From an uncultured Candidatus Rokubacteria bacterium (GTDB lineage: Bacteria; Methylomirabilota; Methylomirabilia; Rokubacteriales; CSP1-6), in NCBI GenBank assembly GCA_963747235.1, contig CAVVEU010000003.1, forward strand, positions 1 through 64,000: 64,000 nt of DNA, in the 5' to 3' direction. Shown piece by piece: positions 8,902-18,125 of this stretch (position 1 is its first letter; every line of letters starts with the position of its first letter). The notes beneath the pieces are model-generated. The model worked only from the letters and a program-made list of their open reading frames with translations. It did no database searches and was not told the DNA's origin. The translations under genes were made by a program, and so were the position numbers.

Positions 8902-10980
8902 GTGCAACGCCAGCCCTCAGCGCAGCGTCACTTCCGCGTCGGCCTTGTCGGCGCTGGCTATGTCAGTGAGTTCCATATTCGGGCGCTTCAACGCCTGCCG
9001 GAAGTCCGGATCGTCGGGCTCACTGATCTCGTCGAGGAGCGCGCGCGCGCCGTAGCCGCCCGCTTCGGCATTGCCGCTTGGCCAGCACTCGAGGCCATGG
9101 CCGACACCGGCTTGGACGTTGTCCACGTCCTGACTCCGCCCGCCAGCCACACCACGGTCGCCCTGGATGCGCTGCGCCGCGGCTGCCACGTTCTCGTGGA
9201 GAAGCCGCTCGCCACGAGCGTCGAGGAATGCGACCGGCTGAGCGCGGAAAGCGTGGCGGTCGGCCGGCACGTCTGCGTCGGCCACTCGATGCTCGCGGAT
9301 CCGACATTCGTACGGCTCCTTGCGGCCGTGCGGGCAGGCGCGGTGGGTGACCTGTTGAGCGTCGACATCTTCCGCAGCTCGATCTATCCCCCCTACTACG
9401 GGGGGCCGCTGCCGCCACAATACGGTGACGGTGGCTACCCCTTCCGGGATCTGGGTGTCCATGCGCTCTACATGCTCAGCGAGCTGCTTGGCCCGATCGG
9501 GGGCATCACCCCGGAGTTCCGGACGGCGGGCGCGCTCGCCGCCGACCCGAATCTACTTTTCGATGAATGGCGAGCGCTCGTGCGGTGTGCTCGCGGGAGC
9601 GGCCACGTCCAGCTCTCCTGGAACGTCCGCCCGCTGCAGCACCTGGTGATGGTCCAGGGCACACGAGGCACGTTACGGGCAGACCTCTACTCGATGTTCG
9701 TCAGCGGCCGACGGAACACTCCCGCCCCGAAGGCCATCGAGCGGGTCTTCAACGCGGTGAGCGAGTCTGCGCAGTCGGCAACGGGCGTCTTGATGGGAGC
9801 CGGGCGCTTCGCGGCAGGACGCGTGTTGCCGTATCAAGGCCTGCACAACCTCGTGCGCGAGTTCTATCGGTGTCTGGCCGAAGATCGCCCGATGCCGGTG
9901 ACGGTGGCGAGCGCCCGCAGTATCGTGGACTGGACGGAGCGCGTGGCACGTCCGGCCGACGTCGCCAAGCTGGCGGTGCGGGCGTCCCACTCGGCCCGGC
10001 CGCAGGCCGCGGTGGTCGTCACCGGCGCCAACGGTCTGCTTGGTCGCGCACTGGTGCAGCGGCTGCTCGAGCGCGGCGAGCGCATCCGGCTCTTTGTCCG
10101 GCGGGCCCCCCCGCCTGAGATCAGCGAGCATCCGTTGGTGGACGTCGTGCTCGGCGACCTGGGTGACCCGTCCGCGGTGGCGCGGGGTCTGGCGAATGCC
10201 ACGACCGTGTTCCATTGCGGTGCCGCCATGTTCGGGGCGTGGCCTGCGCACGTGAGCGGAACCGTCGAGGGTACGCGCAACGTGCTCGCCTCCTGTCTGG
10301 CCCATGGAGTGAAGAAGCTCGTTTACGTCAGCTCCCTCTCCGTGCTGGATACCGCGGGGCTGTCCGGCAAGGTGGTCACGGAGTCGTCCCCGCTCGAGCC
10401 ACGTTCCGAAGAGCGCGGCGCCTACAGCCGAGGCAAGTTCCAGGCAGAAGAGCTCGTACGCGCCGTGGTGGCCGAGCAGCAGCTACATGCCGTCATCCTG
10501 CGGCCGGGCCATATCTGGACCGAAGAGGGGCCATTGCTGTCGCCGGCGGTCGGGATGCGCGTCGGGCGCTTGCTGCTCATGCTCGGCGATCCCCACCTCC
10601 TCTTGCCTCTCGTTCATGTGGATGATGTTGTGAGCGCACTACTCCTGGCCCGGGATGCGGATGTCGCGCCCGGCACGGTGTTCCACCTCGTCGACGACGA
10701 CCCGATACCTCGCGAGGAGCTGGCTCGTCTGTACCGGGATGCGCGCGAACCTGGCCTGCGCATCCTGCCCATACCGCTTGTGCTCGCCACGAGCGTGGCC
10801 GGCTTGCTCGGTGGCTTGACGCGCGCACTCGGGCGGCCGATCGGACCCTCACCCTACCGGCTGCGCGCGGGCGTCGCGTCCCTCCGGTTCGATTGCAGCA
10901 AGGCCTTTCGGCAGTTGGCGTGGAAGCCCAGGGTGAAGAGCCGCACTGCGCTGCACACGGTGCTGGGCCGCCGAATCTGA
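8902..10980 (+). CDS. Gfo/Idh/MocA oxidoreductase fused to an NAD-dependent epimerase/dehydratase
   Basis: VGAGYV and VLVEKPLA in the N-terminal half; VTGANGLLG, YVSSLSV and YSRGK (YxxxK) in the C-terminal half. Confidence 0.85.
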   Translation: MQRQPSAQRHFRVGLVGAGYVSEFHIRALQRLPEVRIVGLTDLVEERARAVAARFGIAAWPALEAMADTGLDVVHVLTPPASHTTVALDALRRGCHVLVEKPLATSVEECDRLSAESVAVGRHVCVGHSMLADPTFVRLLAAVRAGAVGDLLSVDIFRSSIYPPYYGGPLPPQYGDGGYPFRDLGVHALYMLSELLGPIGGITPEFRTAGALAADPNLLFDEWRALVRCARGSGHVQLSWNVRPLQHLVMVQGTRGTLRADLYSMFVSGRRNTPAPKAIERVFNAVSESAQSATGVLMGAGRFAAGRVLPYQGLHNLVREFYRCLAEDRPMPVTVASARSIVDWTERVARPADVAKLAVRASHSARPQAAVVVTGANGLLGRALVQRLLERGERIRLFVRRAPPPEISEHPLVDVVLGDLGDPSAVARGLANATTVFHCGAAMFGAWPAHVSGTVEGTRNVLASCLAHGVKKLVYVSSLSVLDTAGLSGKVVTESSPLEPRSEERGAYSRGKFQAEELVRAVVAEQQLHAVILRPGHIWTEEGPLLSPAVGMRVGRLLLMLGDPHLLLPLVHVDDVVSALLLARDADVAPGTVFHLVDDDPIPREELARLYRDAREPGLRILPIPLVLATSVAGLLGGLTRALGRPIGPSPYRLRAGVASLRFDCSKAFRQLAWKPRVKSRTALHTVLGRRI

Positions 10981-11003
10981 CCCGACCGGATCGGCCGCTC
11001 GCG

Positions 11004-11746
11004 TCACCGCCGGGCCGAGATCCTCGGCGACGGCTGGCCCACGTGGATGTGGGCCCCCGACGTGGAGCCCGGAATGGCCCCCCACGCCGCGATGAACGGG
11101 ATCCCCTGGCTCCGTAGATGCTCCATGAGCGCTCGCCCCTCGGGGCTGTCCGGGTGGACGGCCAGGTCGAGCGCGTTGCGATGGTCGAAGCCCATGCGGT
11201 CGTGCAGGGCGGTCTGCCCGAAGGCGCTGATGGGTAGCGCCCGCCCGAAGCGCGCCAGGAAGAACTGCTGCAGCCGAGGTGTGTCCACGGCCAGCGGACC
11301 ACGCGCGAGCCCGTTGAACCGGGCCAGGCCCGGCGTCTCCTCGTAGCCGCCGCGCGGCCAGCGGGGTGAGGCGCGCCAGGGCCTCCGCCATCCGCGCCTC
11401 GGTCAGCATCCGATCCGTCGTCGGCGATCGCCGCCCGGGTCTCGTCCACGTTCTTCTGGGCCTCGGTCTGGGCCCGCTGGCCGTCCTCGAACTCGCGCTT
11501 CGAGATGACCTCCCGCTCGAACAGGTCCTGGCGCAGCTCGGCCAGCTCGGCGCGCCGGGCCAGGTCCCGCTCGTAGATGGCCAGGACCCGCTCCAGGGCG
11601 GCCCGGTAGTTCAAGGTGGCCGCGATCACGTCGGACGCGGTTTTCTCCAGCCTGTTGGGAGCTTGGGCCCAGGCGATCGGGGCGGACAGGCGGGCTGCAA
11701 CAGCGCCAGAAGGCAGATCAGAGCTGATATATAAGGCTTTTGTCAT
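11004..11746 (-). CDS. Exported coiled-coil protein with a C-terminal putative zinc-peptidase-like domain (several frameshifts)
   Basis: Pieces join across frames: signal peptide, helical region, then ALHDRMGFDHRNALD...GAHIHVG. Confidence 0.6.
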
Positions 11747-11865
11747 TTCTAGGGTGACCAGTGTACCAGCCTGGGGACAGTTTTCGTCAACCGGCCGGCA
11801 GTTTCGGGGATGAACGGCTGGCGTCATGCCGCCTATCTACTTGATTTGCCAGCGCTCAATGGACA

Positions 11866-11881
11866 TGGCCTTCTCCTTGCT
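11866..11881 (+). promoter_or_regulatory. sigma54 promoter
   Basis: TGGCCTTCTCCTTGCT (GG-N10-GC); IHF-like AATCAAGTAGATA on the minus strand at 11834-11846. Confidence 0.6.
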
Positions 11882-11898
11882 CATGATCTGATCGAGAT

Positions 11899-12135
11899 AT
11901 GAAGCCCATGCCAGAACCGGAACAGCACCAGCCGAATGGCCAGGCCAACAAGCGATGGCTGATCGTCGTCGCGCGGGGCCAGGCGGATCTCTACGCGCAT
12001 CTCGTGCAAGCCTTCTCGCGCGACGGCAAGGTGCGCGTGATCCTCGATCGTCGCAAGGACGATTCGCGCAACTCGCCCGAGGTGACCCACCGTCTGCGGA
12101 CTCACGGCGCCGTGATCATCCGGCAGGCACCGTAG
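11899..12135 (+). CDS. Small protein of unknown family (DRR domain); paralog of 20368-20766
   Basis: WLIVVARGQADLYAHLVQAFSRDGKVRVILDRR. Confidence 0.75.
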   Translation: MKPMPEPEQHQPNGQANKRWLIVVARGQADLYAHLVQAFSRDGKVRVILDRRKDDSRNSPEVTHRLRTHGAVIIRQAP

Positions 12136-12160
12136 AAGAACTTACCGGCTTCCCGTCCCG

Positions 12161-12814
12161 ATGGGTACGATGGGGACCAGGAAGATGCCCGAGGCGAACG
12201 GCAGGGACCGGCGACGTTTCCAGCGCATCCGAACGGCGTGGCCCGTCATCCTGGAGTCTGCCGACGGCCGGGTGGGCGTCGGCCAGGTGGTGGACACGAG
12301 CCTCTCCGGTATGCGCATCGCCACCGATCTCGATCTCGAGCCCGAGACGCCCCTCGTCTTGCGTATCACGCTGCCCAAGGACACCGGCCGGCTCGAGATC
12401 CTCGTGAAGGTGGCCCGCCGCGACCCGCATGGCTTCGGCGTGTCCTTCCTCACCGTGGGCGAGGGAGAAGCCGAGCGCATTGCGCCCTTCGTGGCGCCCG
12501 GCGACATCCGGCGCTGGGCTCGCCGCGTGACGGTGAGCCTGCCCGTGCGAATCGAGGCCGGCACCGTGGAGGGCGAGATCATCCACGGCCGCACCGTGGA
12601 CCTGAGCACCTCGGGCGCGCGCCTCACCACGGACGGCAGCCTGGCCGTGAGCGACGTCGTCGTGGTCGAGCTGCCCGGCCCCGAGATCGGCGGAACCCTT
12701 CGCCTGCCCGCGCTGGTCTGGGAGGCCTACTCCGGAGGCGCGGTGGTGGTCTTCGCCAACCTGGCCCGGGGCGAGTACTTGAAGCTGCGCGACTTCCTGA
12801 ACCACTTCGGCTAG
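12161..12814 (+). CDS. Tandem PilZ-domain protein (start possibly 12185)
   Basis: RRRFQR...DTSLSG and RRWARR...DLSTSG give two RxxxR / DxSxxG pairs. Confidence 0.85.
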   Translation: MGTMGTRKMPEANGRDRRRFQRIRTAWPVILESADGRVGVGQVVDTSLSGMRIATDLDLEPETPLVLRITLPKDTGRLEILVKVARRDPHGFGVSFLTVGEGEAERIAPFVAPGDIRRWARRVTVSLPVRIEAGTVEGEIIHGRTVDLSTSGARLTTDGSLAVSDVVVVELPGPEIGGTLRLPALVWEAYSGGAVVVFANLARGEYLKLRDFLNHFG

Positions 12815-12852
12815 CACGGTGGTTGCCTAGTCGGAGGGAAATCTGGGTGACG

Positions 12853-12873
12853 GTCAGGGGGTGCCCCCCTGAC
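12853..12873 (+). terminator. Hairpin after the PilZ gene (terminator or operator)
   Basis: GTCAGGGGG-TGC-CCCCCTGAC followed by AATTCTT. Confidence 0.4.
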
Positions 12874-12938
12874 AATTCTTGCACTCCCCGCCTCGCTGGA
12901 TACCTTCAAGTAGCCTGATTTTACTGGATAACGAATGG

Positions 12939-12954
12939 TGGCACATGCGTTGCT
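12939..12954 (+). promoter_or_regulatory. sigma54 promoter
   Basis: TGGCACATGCGTTGCT, a near-perfect TGGCAC-N5-TTGC. Confidence 0.8.
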
Positions 12955-13098
12955 CACTTCTGTGCGATGCTCAAATCTGCCCCGTACCGCGTATTGCGAG
13001 CGGGCAGAACGGTCGTCACGGCTTTGCGGTGGAGGGCCCCCCGGCGGGACGCTAGAATGGGTCGCCCTGAGGAACTTCCGATACGAGGAGAGGGAGCG

Positions 13099-13554
13099 AT
13101 GGACAATTCGGCCGAGAAGAACCCGCTGACCAGGTGGGTTGACGAGATGCAGGGCGTGATGAAGATGATCACGGGCCTCATCGAGGACAGCGACCGCAAC
13201 CGCGTGGTGGTCGAATCCGCCCAGCGCGAGCAGGCCGAGCTGCGCGAGGAGATCCACCGCTTGCGGGCCGAGGTCGAGACCCAGCGCATGGAGGTGGACC
13301 GGCAGCGGGGCGAGACCGAGCGCCAGCGCTCGCTCGTGGACGCCGCCCAGCGCGAGCGCGACGATCTCCGAACCGAGCTCGCGGCCCTCAACGCCGAGAC
13401 CGAGCGTCTCCGCAGCGAGCAGACCGAGGCCGGCGAGAGCGCGGCCAAGCTCCTCGGGGAGATGAAGGACCTCGTGAACCAGGTGGCGCACAAGTTCCAG
13501 GGGCCGTCCAAGAGCAGCCCCTTCGCTCGCGAGCCGCGGTCGCCCCAGTCCTGA
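13099..13554 (+). CDS. Coiled-coil protein of unknown function; paralog of 20082-20363
   Basis: GGAGAGGGAG RBS; heptads AEVETQR/MEVDRQR/GETERQR. Confidence 0.8.
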   Translation: MDNSAEKNPLTRWVDEMQGVMKMITGLIEDSDRNRVVVESAQREQAELREEIHRLRAEVETQRMEVDRQRGETERQRSLVDAAQRERDDLRTELAALNAETERLRSEQTEAGESAAKLLGEMKDLVNQVAHKFQGPSKSSPFAREPRSPQS

Positions 13555-13562
13555 GCCTGTCC

Positions 13563-14835
13563 ATGACTCCCAACGCCGATGCGCTGAAGGCCGCGCCCCC
13601 GCGAGCCGGAACCGCGATCGGCGAGGTTCGCGCCGCGCTCGACGAGCTCGTCGCGAGCCATCACCAGACCGTGCAGATCGAGCGCCTCCGCGCCTTCCGG
13701 GAGATGGCGGGCGAGGTCGCGCACGACTTCAACAACACGCTCTCCGGCATCCTCGCCCGCGCCCAGCTCCTCCTGGCCGACGTGCAGGATCCCGACGTGC
13801 GCCGCTCCCTCCGCATGATCGAGCAGGTCGCCCTGGAAGGCGCCTGGGTGGTCCGCCGCTTCCAGGACTTCAGCCGCACGCGCCCGTCCCGTCCCTTCCA
13901 GCCCGTGGATCTCAACCAGCTCGTGGAGGAGATCGCCAACTCCGCCCGCTCGCGCTGGAGCCAGCAGCTTGCCGCGCGCGGCATCACGGGAGAGGTACAC
14001 GCCGAGGCGGGCCCGGTGCCGCTCGTGTCGGGCGACATGGCCGAGCTGCGCCAGGTGCTGACCAGCATCGCGCTGAATGCCCTGGACGCGATGCCCGAGG
14101 GCGGCAACCTGACCTTCCGGACGGGCCGCGAGCGCGGCCGCGTCTTCTGCCAGGTGGCCGATACCGGCATCGGCATGACCGAGCAGGTGCGCCTGCACAT
14201 CTTCGATCCCTTCTTCACCACCAAGCGCGAGAAGGGCAAGGGCTTCGGGTTGAGCGGCGCCTACTCCATCGTGGACCGTCACGGCGGCGAGATCACCGTG
14301 CAGAGCGAGCCCGGCAAGGGCGCGGTCTTCACCGTGTGGCTGCCCCTCGTGGCCGCGGCCGCCGAGCCGCTCCCGGCATCGGGCCGGTCCAACGGGCCCG
14401 CCGCAGTGGCCAGCGCCGCCGCCCCGGTCGCGCCGCCCGCGCCGAAATCCGTTCCGGGCGCCAAGATCCTGGTGGTGGACGACTCCGAGGAGGTCCGTGA
14501 AGTCCTGCGGGAGCTCCTCAGCCGGCACGGGTACACCGTGGTCACGTGCCCCGGACGGCGAGTCGGGCCTCGTGGAGCTGGAGAGCCGCACGTTCGACCT
14601 GGCGATGGTGGACCTGGGCCTGCCCGGCATCTCCGGCCTCGAGGTCGCCAATCGCCTGAAGGCCCGCTGGCCCTCGACGCAGGTCGCGCTCATGACCGGC
14701 TACGGAGATCGCATGGGGCCCGAGGATGCGCACGCCAAGGGCGTCGACTTCGTCCTGGCCAAGCCCTTCTCCCTCGACCAGCTCCGCTCCGTCGTGGATC
14801 ACGCCCTCGCCAACGGCAAGAACGCGACCGTCTAG
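13563..14835 (+). CDS. Hybrid histidine kinase/receiver with no sensor domain (frameshift near 14550)
   Basis: AGEVAHDFNNTL, DTGIGM, FDPFFTTK, GKGFGLS; receiver ILVVDD...MVDLGLP...MTGY...KPF. Confidence 0.88.
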
Positions 14836-15140
14836 CCCGCCCCGCGTCGCCGCCAGCAGAAGAACACGGCGCCCTGAAGGATCGAGAGCGCCACCAGCGA
14901 GATGTCGTTGAGCATGTAGATCGAGACGAAGACCGACGACGCCGCCCGGATTGCCAGCACGATCGCCGCGCCGAGCACGAGATTTCCGGCCAGGAAGAGC
15001 GCCGCGATCCCCACCATTTCCACGACCGCCAGGACCGCCCGCCCGAGCGACCGGTTCCCCGCGACCGCCTTGGGAACCAGGAACCCGGCCAGGAGCGACG
15101 TCGTGACGGCCAGCATCAGCAGGAAGCCGGTCTGCCGCAT
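14832..15140 (-). CDS. Small three-TM membrane protein
   Basis: Hydrophobic 102-aa ORF directly downstream of the YdcF gene. Confidence 0.65.
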   Translation of the reverse strand: MRQTGFLLMLAVTTSLLAGFLVPKAVAGNRSLGRAVLAVVEMVGIAALFLAGNLVLGAAIVLAIRAASSVFVSIYMLNDISLVALSILQGAVFFCWRRRGAG

Positions 15141-15149
15141 GGGGATCGT

Positions 15150-15767
15150 CTAGATGTAACCCATCGTCCGATAGTAGAGACGGGCGGCGAATTCCATCGT
15201 GACCGACCGCAGGAGGGCCAGGCGCTCCTCCGGACTCGCGTTGAGGTTCCACACGCTGTTCCAGGGTGCGGGGACGACCTCGAAGCCCACGCGCTCGAAT
15301 ACCACCATCGCGCGGCGCGTTCCCGGGCCATCGACGACGAGGAGCACCTTCCGGACGCCTCGCGGCTGCAGCAGCGCCTGGAGCTGCACGGCCTCCTCGC
15401 GCGTGGTGTGGGCCGGCGGCGCGGTCACGATGGCCGCCTCCGGCACGCCCGACTGGCGGGCGAAGTCGGCGCGGGCCTCGGCTTCTGTTCGCCCTCCTTT
15501 CTGCCCGCCTCCCGACAGGACCAGCACGGGGGCCCAACCCTGTCGGAACAGCGTGACGCCCTCCATCGCCCCGCGCAGCGACGTGTCGGTGAGAGCGCCC
15601 GCTCCCGAGACACCGCCGGCGCCCAGCACCACGATCGCCTCGGCCCGCTCCGGGGGCCGATCCGGGTCCAGCCAGGATCCGGCCATCTCCACCGCGGGCG
15701 TGAACGCGGCGAGCAGGAAGCCGAGCACGACTCCCCCCCCGAGCCACCGCAGCAGACGGCCGCTCAA
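15150..15767 (-). CDS. YdcF/ElyC (DUF218) family protein
   Basis: AIVVLGAG, LVLSGG, TEAE, TTREEA. Confidence 0.8.
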   Translation of the reverse strand: MSGRLLRWLGGGVVLGFLLAAFTPAVEMAGSWLDPDRPPERAEAIVVLGAGGVSGAGALTDTSLRGAMEGVTLFRQGWAPVLVLSGGGQKGGRTEAEARADFARQSGVPEAAIVTAPPAHTTREEAVQLQALLQPRGVRKVLLVVDGPGTRRAMVVFERVGFEVVPAPWNSVWNLNASPEERLALLRSVTMEFAARLYYRTMGYI

Positions 15768-17575
15768 GGCCGTGGCCCGTAGTGAGGAAGCGTGCCGCCC
15801 AGCTCGCAGCAGCCGAGGTCCGGCGCGGTTCCCGCGAAGCCGTCATTGAAGTTCGGCAGCGCGACGCCCGCGTCCACCGCGAGCGACCCCGGGCTCAGGC
15901 GGACGTCGATTCCGACACTCGGGAAGCGGGTGCCCTCGCTGCCGGGCCGCTCGATGCCGCTCGCAAAGTTCCCCTTCGGGTTGAGGACGATGGCCCCGCG
16001 CCGAGCGTACAGGGCCCCGGAGCGCCGCGCCGCGTCCGCGGAGCCATAGACCGCGTCGTTCCAGAGGGCGAACCCCCCGAGCAGCGTGCCGGCGCCGGCC
16101 CCGGGCCAGCCATAGCCGTCGGCGTCGAAGTCACACCGGATCATCTTGCCCTTCGAGTAGAGAGCGGGCCCCCCGCCGCCGAGCAGGAGATTGTTCCGGG
16201 TGACCACGTAGGTGACGGTTTCGCCACCCGTCTCGATCCGCCACGGAAGGGTCGCGACCACCGAGGTGTTGTGGAAGATGAGCACCCCGGATGTGTCGTT
16301 GTGCAGCTTGAAGGGCGAGTAGAGGGCGTTGTAGATGACGTTGCGGAAGATGTAGAGCGGCCCGCCGTTGCTGGGCTGGGCGCTGATCCCCGAGTAGACG
16401 TTGGCGATCCGGTTGCGGTAAACACGGACGTTGGTGTCCGAGTAGTCGGCCTCGATCCCGTCGTCGGTGGCGACCTCGATGTCGTTGTTGTAGATGTCGC
16501 TCGCCGAGAGCCCGCCCGCCTGGTTGCCGTGGATCCCGTCGCCGAGGTTCTGCAGCCGGTTGTAGGCGATCACGTGTCCCGCGCCGGTGATCTCGATCCC
16601 GTTGATCCCCTCGATTCCCCGGCTGCGCGGCCAGGTCGCCGGCCCCCGGATCACGTTGTCGGTGATGACGAACCCGCGCGATTCCTCGTACCCGCCGTTG
16701 ATCGCGGTGATCCCAGTCCACGTCACGTCGAGCCGGCACCGTCGGATCACGAAATGAGATCCGTTGTGGCCGACGAACAGGTACTCGGCGTTGCGCATCG
16801 TTAGCCGCTCGAACCAGACGTGCTCGACGCGATCCGCGTTGATGAGCCGCGTGCGCCCGCCTCCGTCGAGGATCGTCTCTCCATCTCCCGCGCCCCGGTA
16901 GATGATGGGCCGCCCCGCCATCCCGTGCCGCCGGATCGTCACCTGCCCTTCGGCGTAGACACCGGCGTGGAGGAGAAAGAGGTCTCCCGGCGCCGCCGCG
17001 GCCTCCGCGGCGAGAATCCCTCGGAATGGATCCCGCTCCGTCCCGGTGCCCGGCCCGCCAGACCCGGTCCCCGCCGGAACGACGTGCCGTACCCGCATGC
17101 CCGCCGGCTCGCGCGGCTCGCCCGCGGTTTGCATGAGGAGCACGCGCTGGGTGCCGCCGCCATCCGGGTCGATCAGGGAGAGCACCACCTCATGCTCGGT
17201 TTCCGGCGCGAGGTCCACGATGCTGCCCGCGAAAAGCCAGCCTCCGGCCACGCGGTTCTCGTCCGACACCGCCTCCGGGTCCGTGCGAAAGAGAGGCAGC
17301 CCGTCCTTCCAGGCGGTGTCACCCCGCCGCCGGTACTGGACCGTGATGACGGCGTTACCGTTCTGGTCACCGCGGACCGGCCAGCGGACACCTAGCGAGT
17401 GAAAGGTCGGGGGCTCGATCACGAGCTCGCCCGGCTCCGAGCGATTCGCGGCGGGGTCGCCCGCGCTCTCGGCAGGCGGGGCGGCCACGAGTGGGACCTG
17501 AGGCTGCCGCACGGCGTCCGCACAAGCTCCGAGGGCCAAGGTCAGCAGGCTCAACAGGACTAGCGCTTGTGCCAC
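15764..17575 (-). CDS. Lipoprotein with a right-handed parallel beta-helix (pectin-lyase-like)
   Basis: Lipobox LGAC; PGDLFLLHAGVY; DDGIEAD, GISAQP..GGPLYIFRNV; GTAPDLG. Confidence 0.8.
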   Translation of the reverse strand: MAQALVLLSLLTLALGACADAVRQPQVPLVAAPPAESAGDPAANRSEPGELVIEPPTFHSLGVRWPVRGDQNGNAVITVQYRRRGDTAWKDGLPLFRTDPEAVSDENRVAGGWLFAGSIVDLAPETEHEVVLSLIDPDGGGTQRVLLMQTAGEPREPAGMRVRHVVPAGTGSGGPGTGTERDPFRGILAAEAAAAPGDLFLLHAGVYAEGQVTIRRHGMAGRPIIYRGAGDGETILDGGGRTRLINADRVEHVWFERLTMRNAEYLFVGHNGSHFVIRRCRLDVTWTGITAINGGYEESRGFVITDNVIRGPATWPRSRGIEGINGIEITGAGHVIAYNRLQNLGDGIHGNQAGGLSASDIYNNDIEVATDDGIEADYSDTNVRVYRNRIANVYSGISAQPSNGGPLYIFRNVIYNALYSPFKLHNDTSGVLIFHNTSVVATLPWRIETGGETVTYVVTRNNLLLGGGGPALYSKGKMIRCDFDADGYGWPGAGAGTLLGGFALWNDAVYGSADAARRSGALYARRGAIVLNPKGNFASGIERPGSEGTRFPSVGIDVRLSPGSLAVDAGVALPNFNDGFAGTAPDLGCCELGGTLPHYGPRP

Positions 17576-17639
17576 CGCGTCATTCCTCTAGTGATACGAG
17601 TGACGCTCACCACGGAGCTCTCTCCCGCTCCCAACGAGC

Positions 17640-17684
17640 AACCGGCGCGGATGGCGAATCTTGCTCGCCAGTTCCGCGCCGGTT
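17640..17684. terminator. Long hairpin just 3' of tRNA-Val
   Basis: AACCGGCGCGGA-TGGCGA...TCGCCA-GT-TCCGCGCCGGTT. Confidence 0.5.
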
Positions 17685-17695
17685 TGGGATTGTCA

Positions 17696-17771
17696 TGGTG
17701 GACGATACTGGACTTGAACCAGTGACCCCCGGCATGTGAGGCCGGTGCTCTGCCAACTGAGCTAATCGTCC
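17696..17771 (-). tRNA. tRNA-Val(CAC)
   Basis: 76-nt cloverleaf GGACGATTAGCTCAGTTGGCAGAGC...CCGGC-CTCACAT-GCCGG...GTTCAAGTCC...ATCGTCCACCA with encoded CCA. Confidence 0.97.
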
Positions 17772-17852
17772 GTGGAAGGGATATTAACCGCTTGCACGGA
17801 GGGTTTCAAGCTGTCGCCGCCGATTGTACCCTGCCTATCGCTTCGTCCACCG

Positions 17853-18077
17853 CTAGCTGTTATCGTCGATCCACTTCTTCGCCACTGCAAGCGAGTAGGT
17901 GTCCGCCTCTGTCTCCGAGTCGAACAGCACCTCGATTGGCTCGGACACGATCTCCTGATGCAGCGCCCCGCTGTGGTAAATGGACACGACCGCCTTCGCT
18001 TGCCACCGCTGGCCATCGGATTCGTACGACTGGATGTCGATGAAGTAGCCGCGGTACTCGATGTCAGCCTCGCTCAT
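17853..18077 (-). CDS. Small acidic hypothetical protein
   Basis: IEYRGYFIDIQSY...FDSETEADTYSLAVAKKWID; GGAG RBS. Confidence 0.7.
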   Translation of the reverse strand: MSEADIEYRGYFIDIQSYESDGQRWQAKAVVSIYHSGALHQEIVSEPIEVLFDSETEADTYSLAVAKKWIDDNS

Positions 18078-18125
18078 GTCATCAGGCTCCAGTCTGTCAC
18101 GGCGGTGCCTCCCTCGGGCGCCGGG

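Noticed and set aside
17640-17684. Integron attC site
   Set aside because: AAC...GTT ends are present, but the R boxes do not fit RYYYAAC/GTTRRRY and there is no cassette array or integrase.
1319-17771. tRNA-anchored integrative island
   Set aside because: The region lies 3' of tRNA-Val and is partly lower in GC, but I found no integrase and no duplicated tRNA 3' end in the window.
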